Shown here piece by piece: positions 29,695 to 38,743 of a stretch of 64,000 nucleotides of DNA (positions within the stretch are counted from its first letter, which is position 1; each line of letters starts with the position of its first letter). The position numbers and the translations under genes were made by a program. This DNA comes from an uncultured Lachnospira sp. Its GTDB lineage: Bacteria; Bacillota; Clostridia; Lachnospirales; Lachnospiraceae. The stretch is taken from assembly GCA_946186125.1 (NCBI GenBank), contig CAMHLZ010000002.1:22930-86929 (forward strand), in the 5' to 3' direction. Below the pieces are notes generated by a model that saw nothing but the letters and a program-made list of their open reading frames with translations, searched no databases and was not told the origin of the DNA.

Positions 29695-31035
29695 ATGGTA
29701 TATTTTATTTTAACAACATTATTTTTCATAGCAGTTATGACTGTTTATTCTATTTTTGCTAAGTCTGTAAACAATAATAAAAAAATGAAAGATTCCTTAT
29801 TTTATACGCTTCTTATTGCTATAACCGCTCTATTTATAAAATATACCGGGGCAATATTCTATTACGAACGCGGCGATATGGGAGCATTCATAACATGGAT
29901 GAAAAATCTAAACGCCAATGGTTGTGCCGGATTTTACACCAAATACGGTCTTTGCTATCCGCCTCTTCATATTTTTCTCGTTTATTTTGCGGGTATCATA
30001 TCTAAATTTTTTAACCTTGCAGATTTTAGCCTTGTGCAGATTCTCTTAATTAAAAGTCCTGCTCTGATTTGTGATGTTTTAACCTGCATTTTCATGTACA
30101 AAATAGGAAAACAACACTTATCTGATAAAGCCGGCGTGATTCTTTGTCTTCTTTATGCACTTAACCCGGCTGTATTTTTCAATTCGGGAGTATGGGGACA
30201 AATGGATTCAATTTACACACTTTGCATCATAATAATGTGTTATATGATATCAGAGGAAAAACTGATGATTGCGTATTTTGCATTTGCCGCTGCAATTCTG
30301 TTTAAATATCAGGGAATTATTTTTGCACCTGTAATTATCTGTGGAATACTTGATCAGGTAATTTTAAAAGATTTTAATCTTAAAAAATTTTTTAAACATT
30401 TTTTTGTGGGATTAAGTGCCATTTTAACAATGATTATTTGTCACTTACCTTTTATATTTGGAAATGGAAATGCCGCAAACAATGCCGGTACTATCACCGC
30501 CTCTTATGGTGAAGCACTTACCGCGTTTAGATATGCTTCCGTAAATGCTTATAATTTTTGGGCAATGCTTGGTCTCAACTGGCATACTCAGGAGGATCGT
30601 TTTCTTACATTGACGTATAATAATTGGGGAACGATTGCCATCCTGATTATCGTTGTAATAGCAATTTGTACCTCTTTTAAAAACAAAAAATCACGTACAA
30701 AATATTACAGTGTGGCTGCATTCATCATCAGTGCAATGTTTCTGTTCTCAGTGAGAATGCATGAAAGATATCTTTTTCCTGCTATCCCATTAATACTTAT
30801 AGCATACATTGTAAAGCCATCAATCCTTCTGCTTATATCTTACAGCGGACTGACATTAATGAATTTTTACAACTGTGCGCACGTATTATTTTATTACAAC
30901 CCGCATGCCTATAATCCTAAAGCATTTCCGATTATATCAATTTCTTTAGGAACTATTATCTTATGGGCTTTATTTTGTTTTGACTTTATTAAAACAAACT
31001 ATTTCAGTAAAAAGCCTGATTTACCGGTATATTGA
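29695..31035 (+). CDS. Polytopic membrane protein, GT-C-fold glycosyltransferase-like (Gpi18/ALG6-ALG8-like)
   Basis: 446 aa with more than 10 TM helices. An acidic motif sits in the first loop (YERGDMGAF). YPPLH, VWGQMDS and RMHERYLFP motifs recall GT-C mannosyl/glucosyltransferases. The assignment is by motif memory only. Confidence 0.45.
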   Translation: MVYFILTTLFFIAVMTVYSIFAKSVNNNKKMKDSLFYTLLIAITALFIKYTGAIFYYERGDMGAFITWMKNLNANGCAGFYTKYGLCYPPLHIFLVYFAGIISKFFNLADFSLVQILLIKSPALICDVLTCIFMYKIGKQHLSDKAGVILCLLYALNPAVFFNSGVWGQMDSIYTLCIIIMCYMISEEKLMIAYFAFAAAILFKYQGIIFAPVIICGILDQVILKDFNLKKFFKHFFVGLSAILTMIICHLPFIFGNGNAANNAGTITASYGEALTAFRYASVNAYNFWAMLGLNWHTQEDRFLTLTYNNWGTIAILIIVVIAICTSFKNKKSRTKYYSVAAFIISAMFLFSVRMHERYLFPAIPLILIAYIVKPSILLLISYSGLTLMNFYNCAHVLFYYNPHAYNPKAFPIISISLGTIILWALFCFDFIKTNYFSKKPDLPVY

Positions 31036-31109
31036 GAAATTTCACTGTTTGCCATCCTTTTAATTTGTTTTAGTGTTGCCAAACAATAATCCGGATTAAC
31101 TTACAATAC

Positions 31110-31160
31110 AAATCAGGCAGGAGAGGAATCCAATAATTTTCTCTCCTGCCTGATTATTTT
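31110..31160 (+). terminator. Terminator hairpin between convergent genes
   Basis: AATCAGGCAGGAGAG-15 nt loop-CTCTCCTGCCTGATT, a 15-bp stem followed by ATTTTTT. Confidence 0.75.
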
Positions 31161-31166
31161 TTATAA

Positions 31167-32333
31167 TTAATCTCTCTTATATAAGTCTCTTGTGTATACC
31201 TTGTCCTGAACGTCTTCTAAATCTTCCGTAAATCTGTTTGCGACGATTACATCAGACATCTTCTTGAATTCGTCAATATCTCTTATGACTTTTGAATTGA
31301 AGAAACTGTCTTCTTTCATGGTTGGTTCGTATAATACAACCTCAACACCTTTTGCCTTTATTCTCTTCATAACACCCTGAATAGCTGACTGTCTGAAGTT
31401 ATCTGAGTCTGTCTTCATAGTCAGTCTGTAGATACCTACTACCTTTGGATTGTATGCCAATATCTGCTCAGCGATAAAGTCTTTTCTTGTAGTATTAGCT
31501 GCTACTATGGCTGCTATGATATCGTTCGGTACGTCTTCGTAGTTGGCAAGGAGCTGCTTTGTATCCTTTGGCAGACAGTATCCACCGTATCCGAATGACG
31601 GATTATTATAGTGGGTTCCGATTCTAGGGTCAAGTCCGATACCTTCGATAATCTGCTTAGAATCAAGCCCCTTTACCTCTGCATAAGTATCAAGCTCGTT
31701 GAAGAATGATACTCTGAGTGCAAGGTAGGTATTAGCAAACAGCTTGATAGCTTCCGCCTCTGTTGAATCTGTAAATAACATAGGAATGTCTTCTTTTATA
31801 GCTGCATCTGCTAAAAGGCCTGCAAACTTCTTTGCTCTGTCTGATCTTTCACCTACTATAATTCTTGAAGGATGAAGATTATCATACAATGCCTTTCCTT
31901 CACGAAGAAATTCAGGAGAAAATATGATATTCTCCGTGTTATATTTTTCCTTAACAGACTTTGTGTATCCTACAGGTACTGTCGACTTGATAATCATTGT
32001 AGATTCCGGTGAAATCTTACAAACCTTTTCTATAATGTCTTCTACTGTACTTGTATCAAAATAATTCTTCTTAGGATCATAGTTAGTTGGTGTCGAAATG
32101 ATAATGAATTCCGCACCTTTAAATGCATCTTCCGGATCGATAGTTGCTCTTAAGTTCAATTCTTTTGTCTTAAGGTATTCAGATATCTCTTTATCAACGA
32201 TAGGTGATATCTTATTGTTAATCATATCTACTTTTTCCTGGACTATATCTAAAGCAACTACTTCATTCTTCTGTGAAAGTAATACTGCATTAGATAAGCC
32301 TACGTAACCTGTTCCCGCTATTGCTATTTTCAT
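31167..32333 (-). CDS. ugd: UDP-glucose 6-dehydrogenase
   Basis: 388 aa. [20 protein letters not shown] Rossmann start, catalytic-Cys region [10 protein letters not shown]. Confidence 0.9.
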   Translation of the reverse strand: MKIAIAGTGYVGLSNAVLLSQKNEVVALDIVQEKVDMINNKISPIVDKEISEYLKTKELNLRATIDPEDAFKGAEFIIISTPTNYDPKKNYFDTSTVEDIIEKVCKISPESTMIIKSTVPVGYTKSVKEKYNTENIIFSPEFLREGKALYDNLHPSRIIVGERSDRAKKFAGLLADAAIKEDIPMLFTDSTEAEAIKLFANTYLALRVSFFNELDTYAEVKGLDSKQIIEGIGLDPRIGTHYNNPSFGYGGYCLPKDTKQLLANYEDVPNDIIAAIVAANTTRKDFIAEQILAYNPKVVGIYRLTMKTDSDNFRQSAIQGVMKRIKAKGVEVVLYEPTMKEDSFFNSKVIRDIDEFKKMSDVIVANRFTEDLEDVQDKVYTRDLYKRD

Positions 32334-32419
32334 ATTATTACCTCTTCTTTTATTTAATATTTTATTAATATTTTTAATTAATTATATATTGTTTTTTTCG
32401 ATATGTCAATTAACAATCA

Positions 32420-33607
32420 TTACAAATATTTCTTTAAAACATCAACTTTATCAAGAGCTTCCCATGGAAGGTTCAAATCATTTCTTCCAAAATGTCCGTA
32501 AGCAGCAGTCTGTCTGTAGATAGGTCTTCTCAAATCAAGCATTTTGATTATTCCTGCCGGTCTTAAGTCAAAGTTTTCTCTGATTATTTCAACAAGTTTT
32601 TCATCACTGATTTTACCTGTGCCAAATGTATCAACCATTACAGACGTAGGATAAGCTACGCCAATCGCATATGAGAGCTGGATTTCACATTTGTCTGCAA
32701 GACCCGCTGCAACAATATTTTTTGCAACGTAACGTGCTGCATATGCTGCTGAACGGTCAACTTTTGTACAGTCTTTTCCTGAGAATGCTCCACCGCCGTG
32801 ACGAGCGTATCCGCCGTAAGTATCAACTATAATCTTTCTTCCTGTTAATCCGCTGTCACCGTGAGGACCACCGATAACAAATCTTCCTGTAGGATTGATG
32901 AAATAATTTGTGTTATCATCTGTAAGTTCCTTTGGAAGCACCGGCTCAAATACATATTTTTTAATATCTGCATGAATCTGTTCCTGTGTAACATCCGGAT
33001 CGTGCTGTGTAGATAAGACTACTGCATTTATATGTATAGGTTTTCCTTCTTCATCATATTCTACAGTTACCTGTGTCTTTCCATCAGGTCTTAAATACGA
33101 CAGTGTACCGTCCTTACGTACCTGTGTAAGTCTGAGTGAAAGTCTGTGGGCAAGTGCTATAGGATATGGCATGTACTCCTCAGTTTCATTTGTTGCATAT
33201 CCAAACATCAATCCCTGATCTCCGGCTCCAATTGCATCTAACTCTGTATCAGTCATAGTATTTTCTCTTGCTTCGAGTGCTTTGTCAACACCCATCGCAA
33301 TGTCATCTGACTGCTTGTCCAGGGCTACCATAACGGCACATGTATTTCCATCAAATCCATATTCTGATTTGTCATAACCGATTTCTTTAACTGTATCCCT
33401 TACTATTTTTTGAATATCTATATTTGCTTTTGTAGAGATTTCTCCCATAACAAGAACCATTCCCGTTGTTGTACAAGTCTCACAGGCAACACGGCTCATC
33501 GGGTCCTGCTCCATTAATGCATCTAATACTGCATCCGAAATAGCATCACACATTTTATCCGGATGTCCTTCTGTTACTGATTCTGATGTAAATAATCTTT
33601 TTTCCAT
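32420..33607 (-). CDS. metK: S-adenosylmethionine synthetase
   Basis: The true start is [21 protein letters not shown] at 33607, because the track extension runs into the riboswitch. Motifs [12 protein letters not shown] and GGGAFSGKD. Confidence 0.95.
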   Translation of the reverse strand: MEKRLFTSESVTEGHPDKMCDAISDAVLDALMEQDPMSRVACETCTTTGMVLVMGEISTKANIDIQKIVRDTVKEIGYDKSEYGFDGNTCAVMVALDKQSDDIAMGVDKALEARENTMTDTELDAIGAGDQGLMFGYATNETEEYMPYPIALAHRLSLRLTQVRKDGTLSYLRPDGKTQVTVEYDEEGKPIHINAVVLSTQHDPDVTQEQIHADIKKYVFEPVLPKELTDDNTNYFINPTGRFVIGGPHGDSGLTGRKIIVDTYGGYARHGGGAFSGKDCTKVDRSAAYAARYVAKNIVAAGLADKCEIQLSYAIGVAYPTSVMVDTFGTGKISDEKLVEIIRENFDLRPAGIIKMLDLRRPIYRQTAAYGHFGRNDLNLPWEALDKVDVLKKYL

Positions 33608-33639
33608 AAGTAATTCCTTTCTTTTAACTAAGTATAATG

Positions 33640-33792
33640 AACAAAAAAAACAGCCCACAAAAAGCGGACTTGAATTCAAGGTATCAAATCCTCTTATTGA
33701 TCGATATCATTCGCTCAGGCTGGCACCTTCCGTTTCCTTGGGGTTGCCGTGGTTTCACAGATCCCTGTATCTCCACCACTCTGAATAAGAGA
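33640..33792 (-). promoter_or_regulatory. SAM-I (S-box) riboswitch with terminator, leader of metK
   Basis: The minus strand reads CTCTTATTCAGAGTGGTGGAGATACAGGGATCTGTGAAACCACGGCAACCCCAAGGAAACGGAAGGTGCCAGCCTGAGCGAATGATATCGATCAATAAGAGG. P1 is CTCTTAT/ATAAGAG, with the conserved GAGTGGTGGAG, GAAACC.CGGCAACC and GGTGCCA blocks. A GTCCGC-TTTTT-GTGGGC hairpin plus T8 follows. Confidence 0.9.
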
Positions 33793-33870
33793 AAATAATG
33801 TTATTAAATTATTACCTGATGAGTATCATACTCTATATTGAAACATATGTCAATGTATTTTGCAATTTTT

Positions 33871-34329
33871 TCATGTGTGGTTTGATGCCCTGAGATGCCT
33901 GAAGAAATTTTTAAGCATAGCGCTGCACTCTTCTTCCATGATGCCTGTCTCCATTTCAACCTGATGATTAAACTGTTTTACCTGTAAAAGATTCAGAATT
34001 GAACCGGCACATCCTGCCTTTGGATTCATGCATCCTATGTACACTTTTTTTATTCGTGCCTGTACAATTGCACCCGCACACATCTGGCATGGTTCAAGCG
34101 TCACATACATTTCGCAGTCATCAAGCCGCCAGTCGCCAAGCTTTTTCGACGCTTTTCTTATCGCATTTAATTCGGCATGTGACAACGTATTTTTGTCAGT
34201 TATCCTGCGATTGTACCCCCTTGCTATTATTTTATCCTCAAATACAATAACGCATCCTATCGGCACTTCACCAATTGCTGCTGCCTTACATGCCTGCCTG
34301 ATGGCTTCCTTCATATATTTTTCATTCAT
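33871..34329 (-). CDS. tadA: tRNA adenosine(34) deaminase
   Basis: Preferred start is MNEKYMKEAI. Deaminase motifs HAELNAI and TLEPCQMCAGAI. Confidence 0.9.
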   Translation of the reverse strand: MNEKYMKEAIRQACKAAAIGEVPIGCVIVFEDKIIARGYNRRITDKNTLSHAELNAIRKASKKLGDWRLDDCEMYVTLEPCQMCAGAIVQARIKKVYIGCMNPKAGCAGSILNLLQVKQFNHQVEMETGIMEEECSAMLKNFFRHLRASNHT

Positions 34330-34442
34330 ATTTGTAATCCGCCTTCCTTCTGGAATTCCATGTAATCTCAAACTATTTTACCACATTAACGGTAAAATGT
34401 GGTATAGTAGTAATAATTATTATTGACAAGGGATGGAATGTA

Positions 34443-35003
34443 ATGAAGACTGCTTATGAAACTGAACGATTATATTTAAAAATACTCTCACCTGACAATG
34501 CAGGTGATGTTCTTAGTTTTTTGTATTATAACAAAGAAATTTTTGAGCCTTATGAGCCGGCAAAGCCGTCCGACTACTATACGCTTGATTATCAGTCGAA
34601 AATGCTTAGTGCGGAATACAATGGTTTTTTACAGTCTCATTATCTGAGATACTATGCCATAAAAAAAGAAGATTGTTCCATTATTGGCACAGTCTCCTTT
34701 AGTAATATTCTTCCGCAGCCATTTGATTCATGTGCAATCGGCTACAAAATCGATAAGTCAAACCAAAGACAGGGATATGCGACAGAGATGCTTATCTGTA
34801 TGCAAAATGCAATGTTTAATGATTTCGGAATCAGACGCATAGAAGCATATGTTCTGCCACAAAATGTTCCGTCAATAAATCTGTTAGAATCACTCGGATA
34901 TAAAAACAAAGGCCTGTCAGCAAAACATCTTTCGGTAAATGGTAAAATAAATCATTTATACCATTACTCTTTATCACTTTCGCTCTCGCGGAGTCTTTTT
35001 TGA
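34443..35003 (+). CDS. GNAT family N-acetyltransferase (RimJ/RimL-like)
   Basis: 186 aa with the acetyl-CoA motif QRQGYATEML. The 3' end overlaps the convergent gene by 40 nt. Confidence 0.75.
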   Translation: MKTAYETERLYLKILSPDNAGDVLSFLYYNKEIFEPYEPAKPSDYYTLDYQSKMLSAEYNGFLQSHYLRYYAIKKEDCSIIGTVSFSNILPQPFDSCAIGYKIDKSNQRQGYATEMLICMQNAMFNDFGIRRIEAYVLPQNVPSINLLESLGYKNKGLSAKHLSVNGKINHLYHYSLSLSLSRSLF

Positions 35004-36091
35004 GCTTCATTGAACTTTTCTTCTATCTCTTTCCAGTCCATTCTGACTCTTTCATCCATTGTCTTCATAACATCGGATATGTCTATCCTGTTCTTTTCAT
35101 CCTGATTACTGAGGTCGTATATTCTGTTGTTTTTGAACATCAAAACTATCGGCTTCATGATATTTTGTGGATTTTCCTTTATCACGAGACCTTTCTCTCC
35201 GTTTGTAAGTTCTACGCAGACACCCGGATTCAGTATATTGATTCCTTTTAGTAAAGCTCCCACTGCCTTCTCATCAAATTTGCCTGAATCCGATATGAGA
35301 TATTTTACCGCAACTACATCTGAATATGGCTCCATTCCAATATTCATGGCAGTAAGCGTATCAAATACATCCGCAACACGCAATGCCTTCGTGCCGTCAA
35401 GAATACGATGCTTATCAACAGTCTTTCCGGATATATATTTAAAATTCTGTGCAACTATAATTCTTGTAATCGAAGGAATGTTATAGTCCTGCTGAATCAG
35501 TTCATTACCTTCTATCTCACATTTATTTATTGTGTATTCATCCTCTTCAGTTATATCCGCACCTTTTTTTAAGATTTTTTCAGGAATCATGATTCGTCCG
35601 ATTTCATGTATAAGCGCCGCTGTTACGACATTAACCTGTTCCATATATGACATATGCATATTTCGGGCTATAATGGCACAGAGTATGGCTACGTTCAAAG
35701 AATGTTTGTATCCATAGTCCTCCGGGCTTCGTATGCCTTTAAGAAAATTAATCTTACCGGCGTTACCCCCAAACTTTCTAATGATATCTTCTGCCATCTT
35801 CTGAATATCTGCTATGCCGTTTCCCGCTATCATATCCGCCATCTTATCTTTCAGTCTGAACACAGCCATAGCCTGAAACCGTTCAAACTCCATGTCATCT
35901 GCTGTCAGAACAGGTGCCGGCTCTGCGGGTTCTAAGACATATACACCTAAAAGTCCAAAATTTTTTATTCCTTCCAGACCCTGTCTGGTTAATTTCGTAT
36001 TGATATCATACAGCAAAACACCCTTGCCGTTATATACCGGTCTTGCCAGTCTCATTCCTTTTTTTAGTTCTTCCGGTCTGATAAATAACAC
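34964..36091 (-). CDS. HD-GYP-family-like protein with degenerate catalytic motifs
   Basis: GTG start after AAGGAGG. The N-terminal module (ELKKGMRLARPVYNGKGVLLYDINTKLTRQGLEGIKNFGLLGVYV) is typical of HD-GYP proteins. The HD region reads HSLNVA...ALIHEIGRI, with HE replacing HD. No HHE..DG.GYP segment is present. Confidence 0.6.
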   Translation of the reverse strand: MLFIRPEELKKGMRLARPVYNGKGVLLYDINTKLTRQGLEGIKNFGLLGVYVLEPAEPAPVLTADDMEFERFQAMAVFRLKDKMADMIAGNGIADIQKMAEDIIRKFGGNAGKINFLKGIRSPEDYGYKHSLNVAILCAIIARNMHMSYMEQVNVVTAALIHEIGRIMIPEKILKKGADITEEDEYTINKCEIEGNELIQQDYNIPSITRIIVAQNFKYISGKTVDKHRILDGTKALRVADVFDTLTAMNIGMEPYSDVVAVKYLISDSGKFDEKAVGALLKGINILNPGVCVELTNGEKGLVIKENPQNIMKPIVLMFKNNRIYDLSNQDEKNRIDISDVMKTMDERVRMDWKEIEEKFNEAQKRLRESESDKE

Positions 36092-36127
36092 TTTTCCCGC
36101 CTCCTTCGTATCTATATCGGCACGTAC

Positions 36128-36964
36128 TCATTCTAACTTCATACACCAATATCCATTTTCTTTATCACTTATATCTTCTACATATTTTGTGAATCCAAAC
36201 ATATTTGCCATAAACTTATCATTCTTCTCATTTTTACCCGGTACGCCAAGCATAAATATTTCCTTTTCATCCTCTGTATATTTTGCTGCCAGAAAATACC
36301 TGTAATGATAATATCCGTGCAATAAAAAGCTATTCTGTCCAAGCTTCCAGTATTTCTTAGGAAGGCATACGATATCGTTTGGTTTCATTTTAATGCATTC
36401 CTTAAATTCTGCAAATGGACGGATTTTTACACATCTTTTTTCCAGCTCTTCCCAAAAAACGTCGTGTTGTTCAAATCCTATATCGGTATTTACAACCGAA
36501 TCATTCAACTCTTCTATTTCCATATCCTGAATTTCTTCCGTTTTATTTTCCTTCATTTCCTTGAATGTCTGAAATAATCCGGGATCTATCGGGTTGTCAT
36601 CCCACTCTGATGCAATAATTTCATTCTCAGAATACTCTCCGGATAATGTTATGTAAATTCCGCACATTTTCTCTATTCCATATCCGGTTCCGCCAATATC
36701 ATCAGCCCTCATGCTGCCGGCGTAATAGGATTTTCCGGAAATAAGCTTTGCTTTCCCCACCGGAATACCTACTATGCGTTCTTCCTTTCGCATAATCATA
36801 TAAATATCAAGATTTATTGAACTCCCTGCAACAGGCATTCCGACAGTAACGTAAAGCCTGAGCAGATTGTTTCTGGAATCAACTTTTGCAAATCCGCAAT
36901 TACTTACTTTCTTACCGTCACGATAAATATTCAGGTAAGAAATCATTCTCATATATCCGGCCAT
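36128..36964 (-). CDS. Hypothetical protein (conserved Clostridia-type, function unknown)
   Basis: The start MAGYMRMISYLNIYRDGKK follows an AGGAGG RBS. I can identify no motif. The middle is acidic and the C-terminal region is W/Y-rich. Confidence 0.5.
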   Translation of the reverse strand: MAGYMRMISYLNIYRDGKKVSNCGFAKVDSRNNLLRLYVTVGMPVAGSSINLDIYMIMRKEERIVGIPVGKAKLISGKSYYAGSMRADDIGGTGYGIEKMCGIYITLSGEYSENEIIASEWDDNPIDPGLFQTFKEMKENKTEEIQDMEIEELNDSVVNTDIGFEQHDVFWEELEKRCVKIRPFAEFKECIKMKPNDIVCLPKKYWKLGQNSFLLHGYYHYRYFLAAKYTEDEKEIFMLGVPGKNEKNDKFMANMFGFTKYVEDISDKENGYWCMKLE

Positions 36965-37029
36965 AAATATCCTCCTCATAAATTATTTATATCTGTACAA
37001 ATATAAATATGAGGAATATATGGGTTTTA

Positions 37030-37890
37030 TTACTGTTTTAATACGTTCGACAACGTGACGAACTGCTCAAGTGACAGCTTTTCGCCACGTATTCCTTCAT
37101 CAAGACCGGATTTTTTTAATGCCTGCAGTATTTCTTCTTTGCCGTATGGTAAATCCTGTGCATTTTTCAATCCGTTTAATAAAGTTTTTCTTCTCTGGTT
37201 AAATGATGCTCTTATTACTTTAAAGAGAAGTTTTTCATCCTTTACATCATATGGTTCTGTCTCATGTCTTTTTAAATTAATTACCGCAGAGCCCACATTC
37301 GGCCTCGGCATAAAGCAATTCGGCGGTACATTCGCCACTATTTTTGCTTCCGCGTAATATTGCACCGCAAGTGACAGCGCACCATAATCTTTGGTGCCGG
37401 GTTTTGCCTGCATTCTTTCTGCAACTTCCTTCTGAACCATGACCGTTATGCTGTCTAACGGCACTTTACTTTCAAACAGACTCATGATAATCGGAGTCGT
37501 TATGTAATACGGAAGGTTTGCGACTACTTTCGCTTTTTTGCAGGAATCATATTTTTTTATAACGCTTCCTATGTCTACCTTCAGAACATCTTCGTGTATT
37601 ATCTCGATATTATCATATTCACCCAATGTATCATTTAAAATCGGAATCAGCATGTCGTCAATCTCTATTGCAACCACATTTTTTGCATTCTCACAAAGAT
37701 ACTGAGTAAGTGTACCTATTCCCGGTCCTACTTCTATAGCAAGGTCTTCGCTTTCTATTTCTGCTGCCCTTATGATTTTATCCAGAACATGAGTATCTAT
37801 TAAAAAATTCTGACCGTATTTCTTTTGAAATACAAACTGGTATTTTTTTAAAATATTTATCGTATTTTCAGGTTTTCCTAAAGTTGCCAT
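37030..37890 (-). CDS. rsmA: 16S rRNA (adenine1518/1519-N6)-dimethyltransferase
   Basis: The start MATLGKPENT follows a GGAGGA RBS. Motifs KKYGQNFLID, VGPGIGTLT, ANLPYYITTPI and FNQRRK. Confidence 0.92.
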   Translation of the reverse strand: MATLGKPENTINILKKYQFVFQKKYGQNFLIDTHVLDKIIRAAEIESEDLAIEVGPGIGTLTQYLCENAKNVVAIEIDDMLIPILNDTLGEYDNIEIIHEDVLKVDIGSVIKKYDSCKKAKVVANLPYYITTPIIMSLFESKVPLDSITVMVQKEVAERMQAKPGTKDYGALSLAVQYYAEAKIVANVPPNCFMPRPNVGSAVINLKRHETEPYDVKDEKLLFKVIRASFNQRRKTLLNGLKNAQDLPYGKEEILQALKKSGLDEGIRGEKLSLEQFVTLSNVLKQ

Positions 37891-37974
37891 CCTAATCCTC
37901 CATTCCGGGCACATTGTGCGAGGAAACGCCTGCGACACAAATTGACGTGTGAAAAGCATATCAATATGTGATTT

Positions 37975-38742
37975 TCACACTATTTTGTACATATCCAAAG
38001 CATTTTTACACGTTATATCTATTACCTCTTCCGTACTGATATTTTTTATCCGTGATAGCGCCTCTGCAACGTACGTAAGATTCAAAGAAGTATTTCTCTT
38101 TCCTCTGTTCGGCTCCGGTGACATATACGGGCAATCCGTCTCTATAACTATCCGTTCTATCGGGACGTATTCAGCTACCTGTTTGAGCTTCTTAGCATTT
38201 TTGAACGTCAATACGCCACCTATTCCTATATAAAATCCCATATCAAGATACTCGCGCGCCATCTCAGTTCCGTAAGAAAAACAGTGAATAACTCCTCCGT
38301 TAAGTCCTGTGTGACAGCTTTTTATAATATCAAGTGTGTCTTTTGCCGCTTCTCTGCTGTGGATTACTACCGGCATTTTTTCCTTTACGGCTAAATCAAG
38401 CTGTGCTTCAAAACACGCCATCTGTACCTTCTTTTTTTCAGGCTCATAATGATAATCCAGCCCGATTTCACCAATCGCTGCAACTTTTTTTTTGCGGCAA
38501 TACTCTGCAAGTTTTTTTATGTTTTCTTCTGTATTTTCTTCCGGTGAATCCGGATGTATTCCAACCACTGCGTAAATAAAGTCATATTTTTCCGCTAATC
38601 TGATTGAATTTAGGGACGTCTCCATATTGGCACCAATATTTGCGACATATTCTATTCCATTATCCCGAAAGGAAGACAGTAATGTATCCCTGTCTTCCTC
38701 AAATGCTTCATCATCGTAATGTGCGTGACTGTCAAATATCAT
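37975..38742 (-). CDS. TatD family metal-dependent hydrolase
   Basis: The start MIFDSHAHY lies 1 nt after the metG stop. Motifs IGEIGLDY, HSREA and ETDCPY. Confidence 0.9.
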   Translation of the reverse strand: MIFDSHAHYDDEAFEEDRDTLLSSFRDNGIEYVANIGANMETSLNSIRLAEKYDFIYAVVGIHPDSPEENTEENIKKLAEYCRKKKVAAIGEIGLDYHYEPEKKKVQMACFEAQLDLAVKEKMPVVIHSREAAKDTLDIIKSCHTGLNGGVIHCFSYGTEMAREYLDMGFYIGIGGVLTFKNAKKLKQVAEYVPIERIVIETDCPYMSPEPNRGKRNTSLNLTYVAEALSRIKNISTEEVIDITCKNALDMYKIV

Positions 38743-38743
38743 A

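Noticed and set aside
33794-33870. Region downstream of tadA, checked for an SRP (4.5S/scRNA) gene, which follows tadA in several Firmicutes.
   Set aside because: The segment is short and AT-rich with no SRP domain IV-like helix. The remaining space is taken up by the metK SAM riboswitch.
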